Assembly: GCF_009914755.1 (NCBI RefSeq)
Contig: NC_060935.1
Direction: 5' to 3' (one strand)
Length of the DNA: 64,000 nucleotides
Source: the human T2T-CHM13v2.0 reference genome, Homo sapiens
Below the pieces are notes generated by a model. That model had not been told where the DNA came from, made no database searches, and saw only the letters and a list, made by a program, of their open reading frames with translations. The position numbers and the translations under genes are program-made. Of this stretch, positions 1-12,347 are shown one piece after another (within the stretch, counting starts at the first letter, position 1; the number at the start of each line of letters is the position of its first letter).

Positions 1-110
1 ACAAACAGACTGCATGTGGATGATCTTCAGCGTAAGGCATGCTTCTGATTGCTGCTTTCCTACTGCCAGTGCTGAACATTCACCTTAACCCCCCTGGAAC
101 AGAATAACAA

Positions 111-775
111 GTTTGGGGCCCCGGGGACAGAATAACAGTAAAGGTTGATGTGATATACAACTGCTTCCTTTCTCTGCACATACACACCCACTTCTCCTCT
201 GGGGCTGTGAGTGTAATAGCCTAATCACCCACGACCCTGGCTTACCTGGACTGCCTGGTGCCTGAATATTGCATCCATGTCTGCTTCTCTGCACATAGGC
301 CATGGGGCCCATAGAGTCTGCTTGCCATCATGGTCATGGAACCTGCCCAAGTTCATGTTGGATGGTTTCAGTGCTGCATGATAATCAGGAAAAATAAGAC
401 CGTATGTTGGTACTAAGGATAGTTATTACATTTTACAGAGTAGACCGGCAGCTGGAGAAGTTTTTAGCCTGCAGGTTACCTCACTCACCAGTTCTTGGTT
501 TCATAAAGCTTAAACAAACAGAGTGGGATTTCCAGGGGTGGTTTGAAAATCTTTGAACCTAAACTGGTCATGTTAGAAGGGAATGTAGGTTGTCATCAGG
601 GCAGGGAGGGGATTGGTAGCAATCAATATTGCAAAAAATGTGGTTTCTCAGTTGAGACATCTTGGCTCAGACTTTGTAGTGTGTGTTGCCCTAGAAAGTG
701 ATTTCGATGGGTTTGGGGTCCTGGGAGAGAATAACAGTAAAAGTTGGTGTGATATACACCTGCTTCCTTTCTCTG
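111..775. repeat. Dispersed ~65-bp direct repeat (111-176 and 711-775)
   Basis: gtttggggccccggggacagaataacagtaaaggttgatgtgatatacaactgcttcctttctctg versus gtttggggtcctgggagagaataacagtaaaagttggtgtgatatacacctgcttcctttctctg. Confidence 0.9.
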
Positions 776-1450
776 ATGAAGTGTCATTGTACTACTTGCT
801 GGATCCAGTTAAAACAATGTGGTCACTGTTTTCTAATTAAGGAGAGTAACGGCTAGTACAAGCAAACTGCAAGAGAAGCACTGAGGGTTTAATTCTAGGT
901 TCTGCTTCCTGTATAGGGAATTGGGTTAATAAGACTAAGTAGCTGGAATGGACAGTGAGAGCCGGTGGAGGCTACATGATTGACATGTAACTCTGAGATG
1001 ATGGTGGAAAGAACTGCTTGAGGCAGGGATTGGAGAGAGGCTGGGGTGTAAGCGATGTGAAATGTGATACTTTCTGGCCACCACTGCTTTCCAGGACCAT
1101 TGTGTTCTGAGATTCTAGCCAGTGGTTGGTAAATGACTTCCCCAACCAGTCTTCCCATGCAGAACTGTTACTCCTGTTATTGTAAATGTGTTTATTTATA
1201 AAGTATGACTAGGGAGAGGTGAATGGGATCTGAGGGAGGTAGCAGAGAGGCTGTCCGTAAGGTGTCCTCTGGACTATGATGTGTTTCAAAAACTGGGAAG
1301 TAAGGAAAGGGTATTTAGGACCCCGGGGGAAGGCTGGTGATTCAAGGATAGAACGCAGCTGATGGCCCCGAGATGCGTGTATAAGGCATTGTCTTTATAG
1401 AAAACTGACTCTGTAAACGTTAGCTGGTTTTGATAATAAAGACTCAGTAA

Positions 1451-1645
<195 letters not shown>

Positions 1646-2550
1646 TAAGGTACATTCATCCCAGCCAGGTGTGCCTTTACTGAATCTGTGAGATGTTGAT
1701 GAGGTTTAGTGTGGTGGGCATCAAAGCAACCAATACATCAGTTACAGGGTAGGGTCCTTGAGGCACTGAGGCACCCATCTTTCCCACCTCCATGCAGTCT
1801 CATTCATCTTGCAGTTTTCTCTGTCTCCTTAAATTCACAGTGCTGTCTACCAAGTTTTCTAAGCCAGGAATCCATGTGGTATCCTTAACTCCGTTCTCTC
1901 CTTTGTTTCCTATATCAAAGTAGGAAGTCGTATTGATTCTGCATCCTAAATACTTCCTAGGTCTGTCTGCTCCCCGAATCCTCCTCCTCTACCCTAGACC
2001 AGGTTACTGTCATCTCTCCATTGGATTGCTGAAACGGCTTCCTATGTGGTTTCCCTGCCTCTGGTCTTGCTCCCCTCGAGTTTGATCCTTGGCTTCACAT
2101 TGCCCTTAGGATAAGATTCACGTTAGTCCTTAGCCCACAGTCCCTAAAACATCTTTCAAGGCTCTCTTTCATCTGACCACTATCTCCATCTTTAGCTTTG
2201 TGTCTGAGAACTTTTTACTTCTTTCAGTTCCTAGAACAAGCTGTGCTCTCTCAGTTTTTCTGGGCAGCAGACACATTCTCTACTGTCTGCAGACCTTCTT
2301 CCTCGTCTTCATTAGTCTAACATCCTGCTTGTGCCTTAGGTTTCAGCTTGAAACCACCTTCTGGGATGGGGTGGAGGGGGTACCTTCTTGGCCTCTGCCC
2401 TGGCTCCTCTGCTTTATGCTCCCATAGCAGCCTGCACGTCTCTTAGAGTGATGCCCATCGCTGCACACATGATGCCCATCGTGATGACTTGCTCAAAGCC
2501 TGTCTTGTTTGGATTTTGGATTTTGTACGTGCAGTGAAGCTGAGGTTAGG

Positions 2551-2697
2551 TTTTTGTTTTTGCTTTGTTTTGCTTTTTTAAGTGACAGAGTCTTGCTATG
2601 TTGCCCAGGCTAGATTCAAATTGTTGGGCTCAAGTGACCCTCCTGCCTCAGCCTCCCAAGTAACAGGAACTGTAGGCCCATGCCACTGCATCCAGCT
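2551..2697 (-). mobile_element. Alu monomer (FLAM-like)
   Basis: T-rich tail followed by gacagagtcttgctatgttgcccaggct...cctcagcctcccaagta...gccactgcatccagc; single arm only. Confidence 0.8.
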
Positions 2698-4312
2698 GTT
2701 TTTTTAAACTACCATATCTTCAGTGTCTGGCATTTCTTGGCTCATATTTTAGTATGTGAGGGAGTAAATGAAAAGGGCTGACAACATGAATGTGCAGCAT
2801 GGATGTAACCTTTTTTTTTCTGTAGTCTATGTAAAAATTGTGCTATTTCCTGGTGAGAATCTCAGTGAGCTTTAAACAAACATGATAATAAAAGCATCCT
2901 TTACTTGTGTGGAAGTGCTCAGAAGCAGAGGTGACCAATAGATAAATTTTGACACTAAAAATGTTGTATTTGGTTTGAGAAATGGGTCTCATGGAAATAG
3001 TTTGCCTGGAGACCATTAGAACCATTCTTTAAATATTTCAGACATCTCCTTAGAAACCTTTGTGGACTCTGAGAAGTAAGAGAACTTTTCTCAGGAGAAG
3101 ACATCTCTCTCCTGTTTGTGTTCTACCATGTGGCCCGGGACCAAATTCTGAAACTTACATTAGCCATTCACTTAGCAAATTTTGTTATGTAGACGATGTG
3201 TAAAGCCCAGGTGAGCTTGAGACATTTTTGTTCCTACCCTTAGGCAAATGCGGAGCAAGACTGAGTGGTTCATGAAGTTGTTGCTTAGGACATCTTCCTG
3301 GATTTTTCTCCCTTTGTGGACTCCCAGAGTTGACTTATTTTATTTTATGTTTAAAATTGAGATTAATTTATATACCATAAAATTTACTCTTTTAATGTGT
3401 ATAATTTAACGGTTTTTAGTATATTCACAAAATTGTGCAACTATCATCAGGCCTACTACCTAATTCTAGAACATTTTCATGACTCCACAAATAAACCTAA
3501 TATCCAATAGCAGTCAGTCCTCACCTCTGTCCCCAGCAAGAATCCTTAATCTGCTTTTTCTCTCTATGGGTTTGCCTATTCTGGACATTTCCTATCAACA
3601 TAATTGTACAATAAATGGTCTTTTGTACCTGTCTTCTTTCACTTAGCATAATGTTTCCAAGGCTTATTCATGTAATAGCATGGAATCAGTACTTCCTTTG
3701 TTTTTTGGCTGAATATTTCATCATATGAATATACCACATTTTATTCATCTCTTCATCAGTTGATGGAAATTTGGATTATTTCCACCTGTTAGCTCTTATG
3801 AATAATGCTGCTATGAACATTTGTATACAAGTTTGTATGTAAAGCTGGTTTCAGTTCTCTTGACCTAGGAGCAGAACTGCTGGGTCATACGGTAGCTCTA
3901 TGTTTAACTTTTTGAGGAACTGCCAAACTCTTTTCCAAAGCGGCTGCACCATTTCACATTCCCACCAGCCATGTATGAGGGTTTCGATTTCCCCATATCC
4001 TCACTAACCCTTGTTATTGCCTGTGTTTTTTATTCTAGCCATCCTAGTGGATGTGAAGTCATATCTTCATTGTGGTTTTGGTTTGCATTTCCCCACTGAC
4101 TAATAATTTTGAGTATCTTTTCATGTGCTTATTGGCCATTTATATAACTTCTTTGGAGAAATGTCTATTCAGATCATTTGCCCATTTTAAAATTGAATTG
4201 TCCTTTTATCGTAGAGCTATAAGAATTCTTTATCTATAACAGATGTTAGAACCTCTTCAGATCCATGATTTGCAAATCCTTTCTCCCATTCTATAGACTG
4301 CTTTTCACTTTC

Positions 4313-4611
<299 letters not shown>

Positions 4612-5104
4612 TCACATTCTTGATAGTGTCCTTTGATGCACAAAAGTTCCTCATTTTGATGAAGTCAATTTATCTATTTTTCCTTTGGTTACTTGCAGTT
4701 TTGGTGTCATTTTTAAGAAACCATTGCCTAATCCAAGGCCATGAAGATTTACCCTTACGTTTTCTTCTAAGAGTTTTACAGTTTTGGCTCTTACATTTAG
4801 ATTTATGGTTCATTTTGGTTAATTTTTGTATGTGGTATAAGGTGGGGGTCCAACTTCATTCTTTTGCTTGTGTATGTCTAGTTGTCTGAACACCACTGGT
4901 TGAAAAAACAAGTCTTCTTCTATTGAATGGTCTTGGTACCCTTGTTAAAAATCAACTGGCCATAGATATATGGGTTTATTTTTGGATTGTCAATTCGAAT
5001 CTGTTGGTCTATATGTCTATTATGCCAGTACTACATTGTCTTGGTTACCTTAGCTTTGTATTAAGTTTTGAAATAAATGTAAGTTCTCCAACTTTGTTCT
5101 TCCT

Positions 5105-5312
5105 TTTTCTTGTTTTAAGAGACGAGGTCTCGCTCTGTCACCCTGGAGTGCTGGATCGAATGGGTGGGATCATAACTCACTGCAGCCTTGAACCCCTGGG
5201 CTCAGGTGATCCTCCTGCCTCAGCCTCCCAAGTAGCTAGGACTATAGGTACATGCCACCACGCTTGGCTAATTTTTTATAGAGATGGGTTCTTGTGATAC
5301 TGCCCAGGCTGT
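5105..5312 (-). mobile_element. Partial AluJ-like element
   Basis: gagacgaggtctcgctctgtcacc...cactgcagccttgaacccctgggctcaggtgatcctcc. Confidence 0.75.
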
Positions 5313-6462
5313 GTTCTTCTTTTTCAGAGTTTTCCTGACTATTCAGGTCCTTTGCATTTTAATTAACTATTTTTGTTATAAGTAAATATAAATGAAAAAC
5401 AGTCTAAACTCTTTGTGCTTATGCAACTACAAAACTGAAACAAATTTACAAGGTTAAATATAAGCACATCTACAAAACTAATAACATTCAGATTAACATA
5501 ATTGAATATGATAGCTGATGCTGTTTCTTTGAAATGAGATTGCATCTTTAAGGTGAATATGGAGTTAATTACGGGTTTGCTGGGTTTGATGTGCCTATAC
5601 TGTTGTATGTTGGGTGAAAATGTACTTTTTTTTTTAACCATGTTTTCTATTTGAAACATTAGAAGCTTCCCTTTAGATAGCATATTGTGACATCATTTAT
5701 CTTCATATGGTACAGATGCATGATTCATATTTTTTCCAATATTTTATTATGAAAATTTCCAAACAGCAAAGTTTAAAAAATTTTACACTGAACATAATGT
5801 ATACCCACAGCCTAGATTCTATCTGCATTTTTACTCTACTGCTTTATATGATTTACATTTTTAGTGTTTCTCTCATCTCATTAGTCCACTAAATAGAAAC
5901 TTGGAAGTTGAATATTTTTTAGCAGTATTCATCATTAAATATGAGCAAAACTATCCCCATACTAATTTTTTGGATTATCATCACAATGGAAATACACAAA
6001 TAATTCTTCTAGTGAATTCACGGACAGAAGAAACTGATATAATTCAGTGCCCTATTTCGAGGTTAGATTTTCATAAATTCAGAAAGGATGAGATCATCTA
6101 CATAAGCCCCGCTGGTACCCTTTGGGGTGGTACAAGTTTCTGTTATGTGCCTAGGGTCTTAATTTGGCATATTTATGTAGCACGAGATAGAAATAACTAT
6201 AAGTAGGGAAAAAAGTTACTTCTCTGCTGCTTCTGTGAGCATTTACTTAAATCTGTTCTGTGATTTAAAAAGTTTTTATTCATTTCTTTTTCTCTTTTTT
6301 TCCTCCTAAAGTTGTTCTGGAAATTATTTAATTCAATTCAGTTTAGTTCAGTTCACTTCAAGTCAAACCTTTATTGAAAGCCTGTTTGGACCAAGTATTG
6401 GGCTAGACTGCTGTCTCTCATCAGGAGAAAGGGAATGATTATGTCCCCCAGGGGACATTTGG

Positions 6463-6464
<2 letters not shown>

Positions 6465-6538
<74 letters not shown>

Positions 6539-6556
6539 ACACACACACACACACAT
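6465..6556. repeat. Compound microsatellite (TA)n(CA)n
   Basis: Seen directly. Confidence 0.97.
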
Positions 6557-6580
6557 TTTTGACTGTCATGACTGTGGGGA

Positions 6581-7136
6581 TGTGTGTCAGAGGGTCCTGA
6601 AGACCACTTCCAGTTACTATGATTTGCCAGGAGGGCTCCATGACTCAGCATATAATTGTACTAACGTCTGTGACTTATTACGGCAAAAGGATGCACAGCA
6701 CAGTCAGAGAGGTAGAAGACGCATGGGGTGAATCTGGAGAAACCAGGCACAAGCCTTCAAGTGCCCTCTTCCAGTGCGGTGCACAAGATGTTCTCAGTTC
6801 CCTCAGCAGCAAGCTGTGACAACACTTGTGAAATGCTGTCAACCAAGGGAGCTCGTCAGAGACTTAGCACCCAGGACCTTTCTTAGGAGCTGATTGCATA
6901 GGCTGTCTCTGCCTGGCACGTGCCAAACTTCCAGACTCCCAGAAGGAAAGCATGTGTTCAGCATAAACCACATTTGTTTGTGCAGTTTGGATACAGTGAG
7001 CCACTCTTATCAGTTCCAGGGATGATGGGAACCCTCTCCAAATCCAAGTCTCCAGATGACAGCCAAAGACCAAACTTATAAGCAAGCCTTTCTAAGGAGA
7101 ACACTCAGGCCTGCTATGTTAATTCTTCTCTGCATA
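6581..7136 (-). mobile_element. MER21-family solo LTR (partial)
   Basis: ccagactcccagaaggaaagcatgtgttcagcataaaccac and ctcaggcctgctatgttaattcttctctgca match the recalled MER21 consensus. Confidence 0.75.
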
Positions 7137-8589
7137 GGGCAGGGCAGCCCCCAACATCAAGAAATACTGGGTGCAAATGTCAGCAGCGCTGGGGTTGAGA
7201 AACCCTGGGTGAGGCAGAGAGTGACATGTGAGGACTGGTCTGCTAGGACTGCTCAGCTGCTGTGGGCCTCTGTCTTCAGTGCACTTTTCTTGAGACCACT
7301 TGAACCAAACTCTCTCTTTATTGTTTAATCCCTCTCATATAATCTAGCTCTCTTATATTGGTTTAGGACTCTTAATCCCCTTCAGGTTTAATCCAGGGAA
7401 GAAAACTGAAAATAAAAGCTTTAAGTGAAAATAAAACAAAGGAGAAAAACCACTCCAAACAGTAAAACTCATTTTCAAATAATTAGTTTCAGAGATTTAG
7501 ATACATCAATATATAATTAGTTTCAGAGATTATATATTGGTGGTATTTTCCTAGTAATTTAGTGTCTCTAATTTTTGTGTATAACTCAGCTGGAATTAAT
7601 ATCTTTAACTAGATCCTTTGAAAAGGTGTCAGTTTCTAAAGTTCTGTGGTTCAATAACCCGATAGGAGTGTCCAGTTTATCTTCAGGGTAGCACCGAAAG
7701 GTAAGGCTGCGCTGAGCATGTACCTCCCTCTGCTGGCTGGTAGATGGATTTCTGCAACCTGGCTTGGGCCCATGCTGTCCATTTCGGTGCCAGCTTGCAG
7801 TCTGGTCATGCACTTGTGGTGTTAACTTTTATATAAGAACATCTCCTACCACCACCCCTCCCTGCCCCCGAAAACCAAGACAAAAAAAAATTAAAAAGTA
7901 AAGACAGGTTCAGACTCATCATCCTGCCAGGGACGTGGGAGAAGGCAGGGTGGGCCATCTCATGGCAGTGTTTTGGGTTTGTTGATCCTTGTGAGAGTTG
8001 CTGTTTAAGGGAATTCCCACATCTCTTGCGGGCTATACAGAATAGTGAGAGCTTTGCTTTTATTTTTGTTTTAAATCTCTGTCAGCATTTGTTCAATGGG
8101 AAGTGGATGATTGTTGCTATTGATAGCTGCTTCTCACAGCTGTTTTGGCCTCAGCTGGAATTCTTGTCATTTTCCTTCTAAAATGAACTAAATTGGGAGT
8201 TTACAACTGTTACTATTGAGGGAGACTTCAAGTTCTCAGCATGGTTTTGCTTAAACTTAGATATCAGCACTGCTGGGAGGAGACATGAAAGCTATAGCTA
8301 GTCATTTTAGTCTTTAAAAGAAAAACAAATCCACCTTAAAATTTAGTTGGTTTAAAACTAAAATGAGCATACTCCTTCAACCATCTGCCAGGTCAGGGAC
8401 AGCCAGCATGCAAGCAAGGGACACATTTTTAGACTTGTTCACATCTACACTTGTTCACATTGGGTGGGGAAGAAGGCGCACGTGGAATGTTCAAGCCCTA
8501 GTGGGGTGGGAGCTTCTGCTTAAGAGAAGAGTAGTAAGGTAGCCTGGTGCTACCACATTTATGTTGAAAATGGAGTAGCAGTAGAGCGG

Positions 8590-9425
8590 GGATCCAGTGA
8601 TCCTGGTAACTGAATGTCTAAAATAGAACTTTATTTCTCATCAGTGAAATCTAACCCAGAGTCTTTCTTAAGAGTTTTCTTTGAGCACCACACATCAACA
8701 TCTGTATTTATTTCTGTATCTGTACAGACAGATGTCTATCTATTTGTGCATATTGAAAACCATGCATTCATCTCAGTATCTCCAGTTCCATCCAACACTG
8801 CAGGGGCATTCTGGTTTTCTCTCTTTCCATATTTGTAACTCCCTTCTCTGACTCCTAGAAATCTGGCTCTCTTTATCCTCAACATCTTTACTTATTTGAT
8901 CAACCCTCTTATATTCATCAAACTTCTGTTGCCCCCCTGCCCCCACACTGCACAGAGGCCTTCCCCACCCCTCCTCATCCCTGCTCAGACTCTGACCCCC
9001 TACATTGTGCTGCCCTGCACCCTCCCAGCACAGATGCCTTTCTCACACTTCTTGGGTTCTAGCACTGGGGTGATGCTATCATTACCATCATTCTCCCCAC
9101 AACTTGGGCACCCTTCTCAGCCTGCCCAGGCTCTAACACTCTCTTCTGAGCTGCCCAGATGCCCTCCTAACCTCACTTGGTCTCCAGCATCCCCATAACC
9201 CTTCCCCCAGCACAGAAGCCTTCCTTTCACTTCTGGGGCTCTGATACCCTGCGCCAGGCTACCTTACTACTCTTCTCTTAAGCAGAAGCTCCCACCCCAC
9301 TAGGGCTTGAACATTCCACGTGCGCCTTCTTCCCCACCCGACCATGCAGAAATGCCCTCTGGGACTCCAATACTCTATGCCCTTCTGCCTGGACATCCTC
9401 TTTACTCCTCTTGGATGCCCACCTG
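8590..9425 (-). mobile_element. L1MC-type 3' end containing a degenerate C-rich ~40-45 bp array
   Basis: Recurrent 'cagatgcc(c/t)tc...gggctctga.accc' units after 'ctctttccatatttgtaactcccttctctgac'. Confidence 0.55.
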
Positions 9426-10120
9426 TTTATTCTTTTTCTGGAGAGGGTAGAACACTAGTTTTGTGCTGTCAGCTCTACTTAAAGAGAAAGGCTCCAGAAA
9501 CATCCATGAGATCCTTCAAAGAGCCAGCGTCTTATTGTTTGGAAAGACCTTTAAAGACCATTTAGCTCTTAACTTGATGCATGACTTTTCAGTAACTTTT
9601 TACTGAAAAAGTTTCTGATTTATACTGAAAAATCACCAACTTACAAGACAGTCCATTTCATTATTGAATAGCTTTAATTATTAAGGAAGTTTCCCTGCTT
9701 GTCTTGTGGGTTTGACTGTAAATTTTCCTCTTGCTTAAACAGGTACGTTTGATTATAGAAGTAATTTGAGCAAAGATGGTGTTTAGTCTGAGATGAACTG
9801 CGGGTGCTCCCTGTATGTGATCTCGCCATCACTAAGTCATCCTCTGAAAATTAATACTTTTACAAAAGAAAAATGATTGAGGCTCAAGGCTTGGAGTAGA
9901 ACTCAAAAGCCTGTTTTAGTGTCTAGAAAGAATACTTTTGGCTATAAATATTGAACATATTGCTCAATAAATTGTAATTTAGGAGGAAATGGGCCAGGAA
10001 AAAGGAACCAGTCTGTACAGCTGATCCAAACCATCTCCCTGCTGGGTTGCTGTTGTATATCTTTCTTATCTCCACTTACCGTCATCCTGGCCTCTGGCTC
10101 TCACCTACCTTGTGGCGTAG

Positions 10121-10302
10121 CTCCATTAAGTAGAACTTTCTGCAGTAAGGACGTGGTCAACGTTTGTGCTGTCAGGCAGCCCCAGCCACATATGGCTATT
10201 TGAGCACTGGAAATGGGCCTAGTGTGACTGACAAACTGAACTTTTAATTTTATTTACTTTTAATTAGTTTAATTTAAATGGCCTCACGTGGCTAGTTGCT
10301 AT
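10121..10302. mobile_element. MER3-like hAT-Charlie MITE
   Basis: tagaactttctgc...agccacatatggctatttgagcactggaaatg...cacgtggctag. Confidence 0.7.
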
Positions 10303-10882
10303 TAGTGAAGTTCTAGGGAGTCTGCTGGTTCCTTTTTTTCTTAATTGTGATGTGTTAAGTGCCTTTTGCTCTTAGTTAGGCCAAAACCAGAATTGATCCT
10401 GAGGACGTAAAAGCAGTCTGGCTGTGGTATAGGTTGCTCTTTTCTCTGGGTTTGTATGACTAGTCTAGCTGGCTAGGCAGGTGTTCACCTTCACTCATTG
10501 CTTTATGTGATTTGGACCTGAAGCTTAATCCTCTATAAAAGGAGATGACCTTCTCAGTTAGAGTATAATTATTGAGTGAGATGCTCCCCGGCTAGAACTT
10601 CCAAACAAGTCTGAGTAACTAAGGAAAAGTAACAATTACCATTCTCTCTTCAAAGCCAAAAACAAACAAACAAAAAATGGATGGGTTCACAAACTCTAGG
10701 TTGCGTGGTGGCGTTGCCTGTGAGAGATACGTAGCCCTAGTATTTTCCCTGGGCTGTACCAGTTTGAGCTGGATTTCAGTGTGTGCTGCTTCTAGGCTTA
10801 ATGAGTGTTTCATTTCTTCCTGGAACATGCTTTCTGTGATTCTTCTCTTTGACACTGATTCCTTGTGGTCCCTCAGCCTAAA

Positions 10883-11110
10883 CAGGTTGAGTATCCCTTA
10901 TCCAAAATGCTCAGGACCAGAAGTGTTTTGGACTCCTGATTTTTTCAGATTTTGGAGTATTTGCGTTATACTCTTGGTTGAGCATTCCAAATCCAGAAAT
11001 CTAAAATATTTCAATGAGCATTTCTTTTGAGCATCATGTTGGCATCCAGAAAGCTTTGGATTTTGGAGCATTTTGGACTTCAGATTTTCAGATTTGATAT
11101 GCTCAACCTG
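10883..11110. mobile_element. Tigger4/MER46-like MITE
   Basis: Terminal inverted repeats caggttgagtatc ... gatatgctcaacctg followed by TA. Confidence 0.8.
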
Positions 11111-11134
11111 TATAGGTTTTATGTTCTGTACCCT

Positions 11135-11454
11135 CTCTGTCTTGTTTGAGTCTTGTCTTCCAGGAGGGAATTACTTCCCATCTGGTCTCTCCAAAATCTT
11201 CCCCTTGACTTCAGACTTACTAACTTTGTGTTTCCATATCTGTCTCTTGTGGAGATCTGCATGGCACTAGACCCTTGGAGATCTTTCTTCCCTCTGTCTT
11301 GTTTGAGTCTTGTCTTCCAGGAGGGAATTACTTCCCATCTGGTCTCTCCAAAATCTTCCCCTTGACTTCAGACTTACTAACTTTGTGTTTCCATATCTGT
11401 CTCTTGTGGAGATCTGCATGGCACTAGACCCTTGGAGATCTTTCTTCCCTCTGT
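11135..11454. repeat. Perfect 157-bp tandem duplication
   Basis: 11135-11291 is identical to 11292-11448, plus a 6-bp CTCTGT overhang. ORFs 11153 and 11310 share identical N-termini 157 bp apart. Confidence 0.97.
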
Positions 11455-11803
11455 TTTCTTTTACACATCCTTGCCATCCAGATGTTAAGACTGGAGATTC
11501 TATGCTTTGATGAAGATCGTTTTTTCTACTTCTTGTTTTCAACTACCAATTCGGTCTCCCTCCCATTTATGTGGCCTTGATGATGGGGACTTTCCCTATA
11601 GCCTCTCCATTGCACAGGGATGCTGTTAGACAGCCAGGAGCAGCCCTTTCCAGAGCCCTTCAGTTGCCTGCCAGTGCTTCCCATCAAGCTTCCCTCTTTC
11701 CCCATTTGAAGAATGCAGCCAGCTTCCAGTCGCTTTCAGATCAGGGACTCAGATGTAACTAAGACAACACTTCGATGTTCCTTCCAAATTATCAGTTTCT
11801 CTC

Positions 11804-11806
<3 letters not shown>

Positions 11807-11846
<40 letters not shown>
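11807..11846. repeat. (CA)n microsatellite
   Basis: Seen directly. Confidence 0.97.
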
Positions 11847-11848
<2 letters not shown>

Positions 11849-12151
11849 TTATAGCATGCGCTCTCAGCTTAGCATATTATAAGCATTTCCTCACGATATC
11901 AAGAACTGTTCCCAAATAAGATGTGTTATGATTGCATAATATTTCAGTGTGTGAATGAATCATATCTTACTTTCTCACAATATATAATATTTTAAATATT
12001 TACTAATACTACAGAAGATAATTTTAAAAATCAGTGGAGGTGAAGACTGGTAAGGAAACACTTACTGTCGTAAGTTTAATATCAAAGTTTGTCTTACCTT
12101 GACTAACATACCAGCTGCAATTTTCCAATCACCTGTTTTTTTCCCTTGTAG

Positions 12152-12347
12152 TCCACGGCAATACTTCCTCCTGTCATCTCAGGTGGGTCTCCATCCTGAG
12201 TACAGAGAGGACCTAGAAGCCCTCCAGGTCAAACATGGAGAGTCAGTGTTAGTACTCGATAAATGCACCAACCTCTCAGAGGGTGTCCTTTCTGTCCGTA
12301 AGCGCTGCCACAAGCACCAGGTCTTCGATTACCCACAGGTGCTACAG
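12152..12347 (+). CDS. EXT2: EXT2 coding exon (exon 5), 196 nt
   Basis: Acceptor ttttttcccttgtag| and donor CAG|gtgagt. Translates [65 protein letters not shown] (inside ORF 12099..12557). Confidence 0.97.

Larger units (their letters stand above)
6410..7208 (+). mobile_element. MER20 (hAT-Charlie) split by a microsatellite and a MER21 LTR
   Basis: 5' half 'cccccaggggacatttggc...ttttgactgtcatgactg' and 3' half 'cagcccccaacatcaagaa...aaatgtcagcagcgctggggttgagaaaccctg' resemble the MER20 consensus as I recall it. Confidence 0.75.

Noticed and set aside
2481-2545. Possible C/D-box snoRNA (GTGATGA ... CTGA)
   Set aside because: No terminal stem or recognisable antisense element, and it lies in degenerate L2-like sequence next to an Alu.
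6363-6731. ORFs with poly-IY/TH repeats
   Set aside because: Translation of the (TA)n(CA)n microsatellite.
7589-7706. Cryptic exon ending at the strong donor AAG|gtaagg (7700)
   Set aside because: Upstream acceptors are weak, the 112-nt version is frame-shifting, and there is no independent support.
8900-9425. Degenerate ~40-45 bp C-rich array that superficially looks like a repeat-spacer system
   Set aside because: Units are irregular, with no constant repeat or unique spacer pattern, and resemble the internal array of old L1MC-type 3' ends. Human intronic context; not CRISPR-like.
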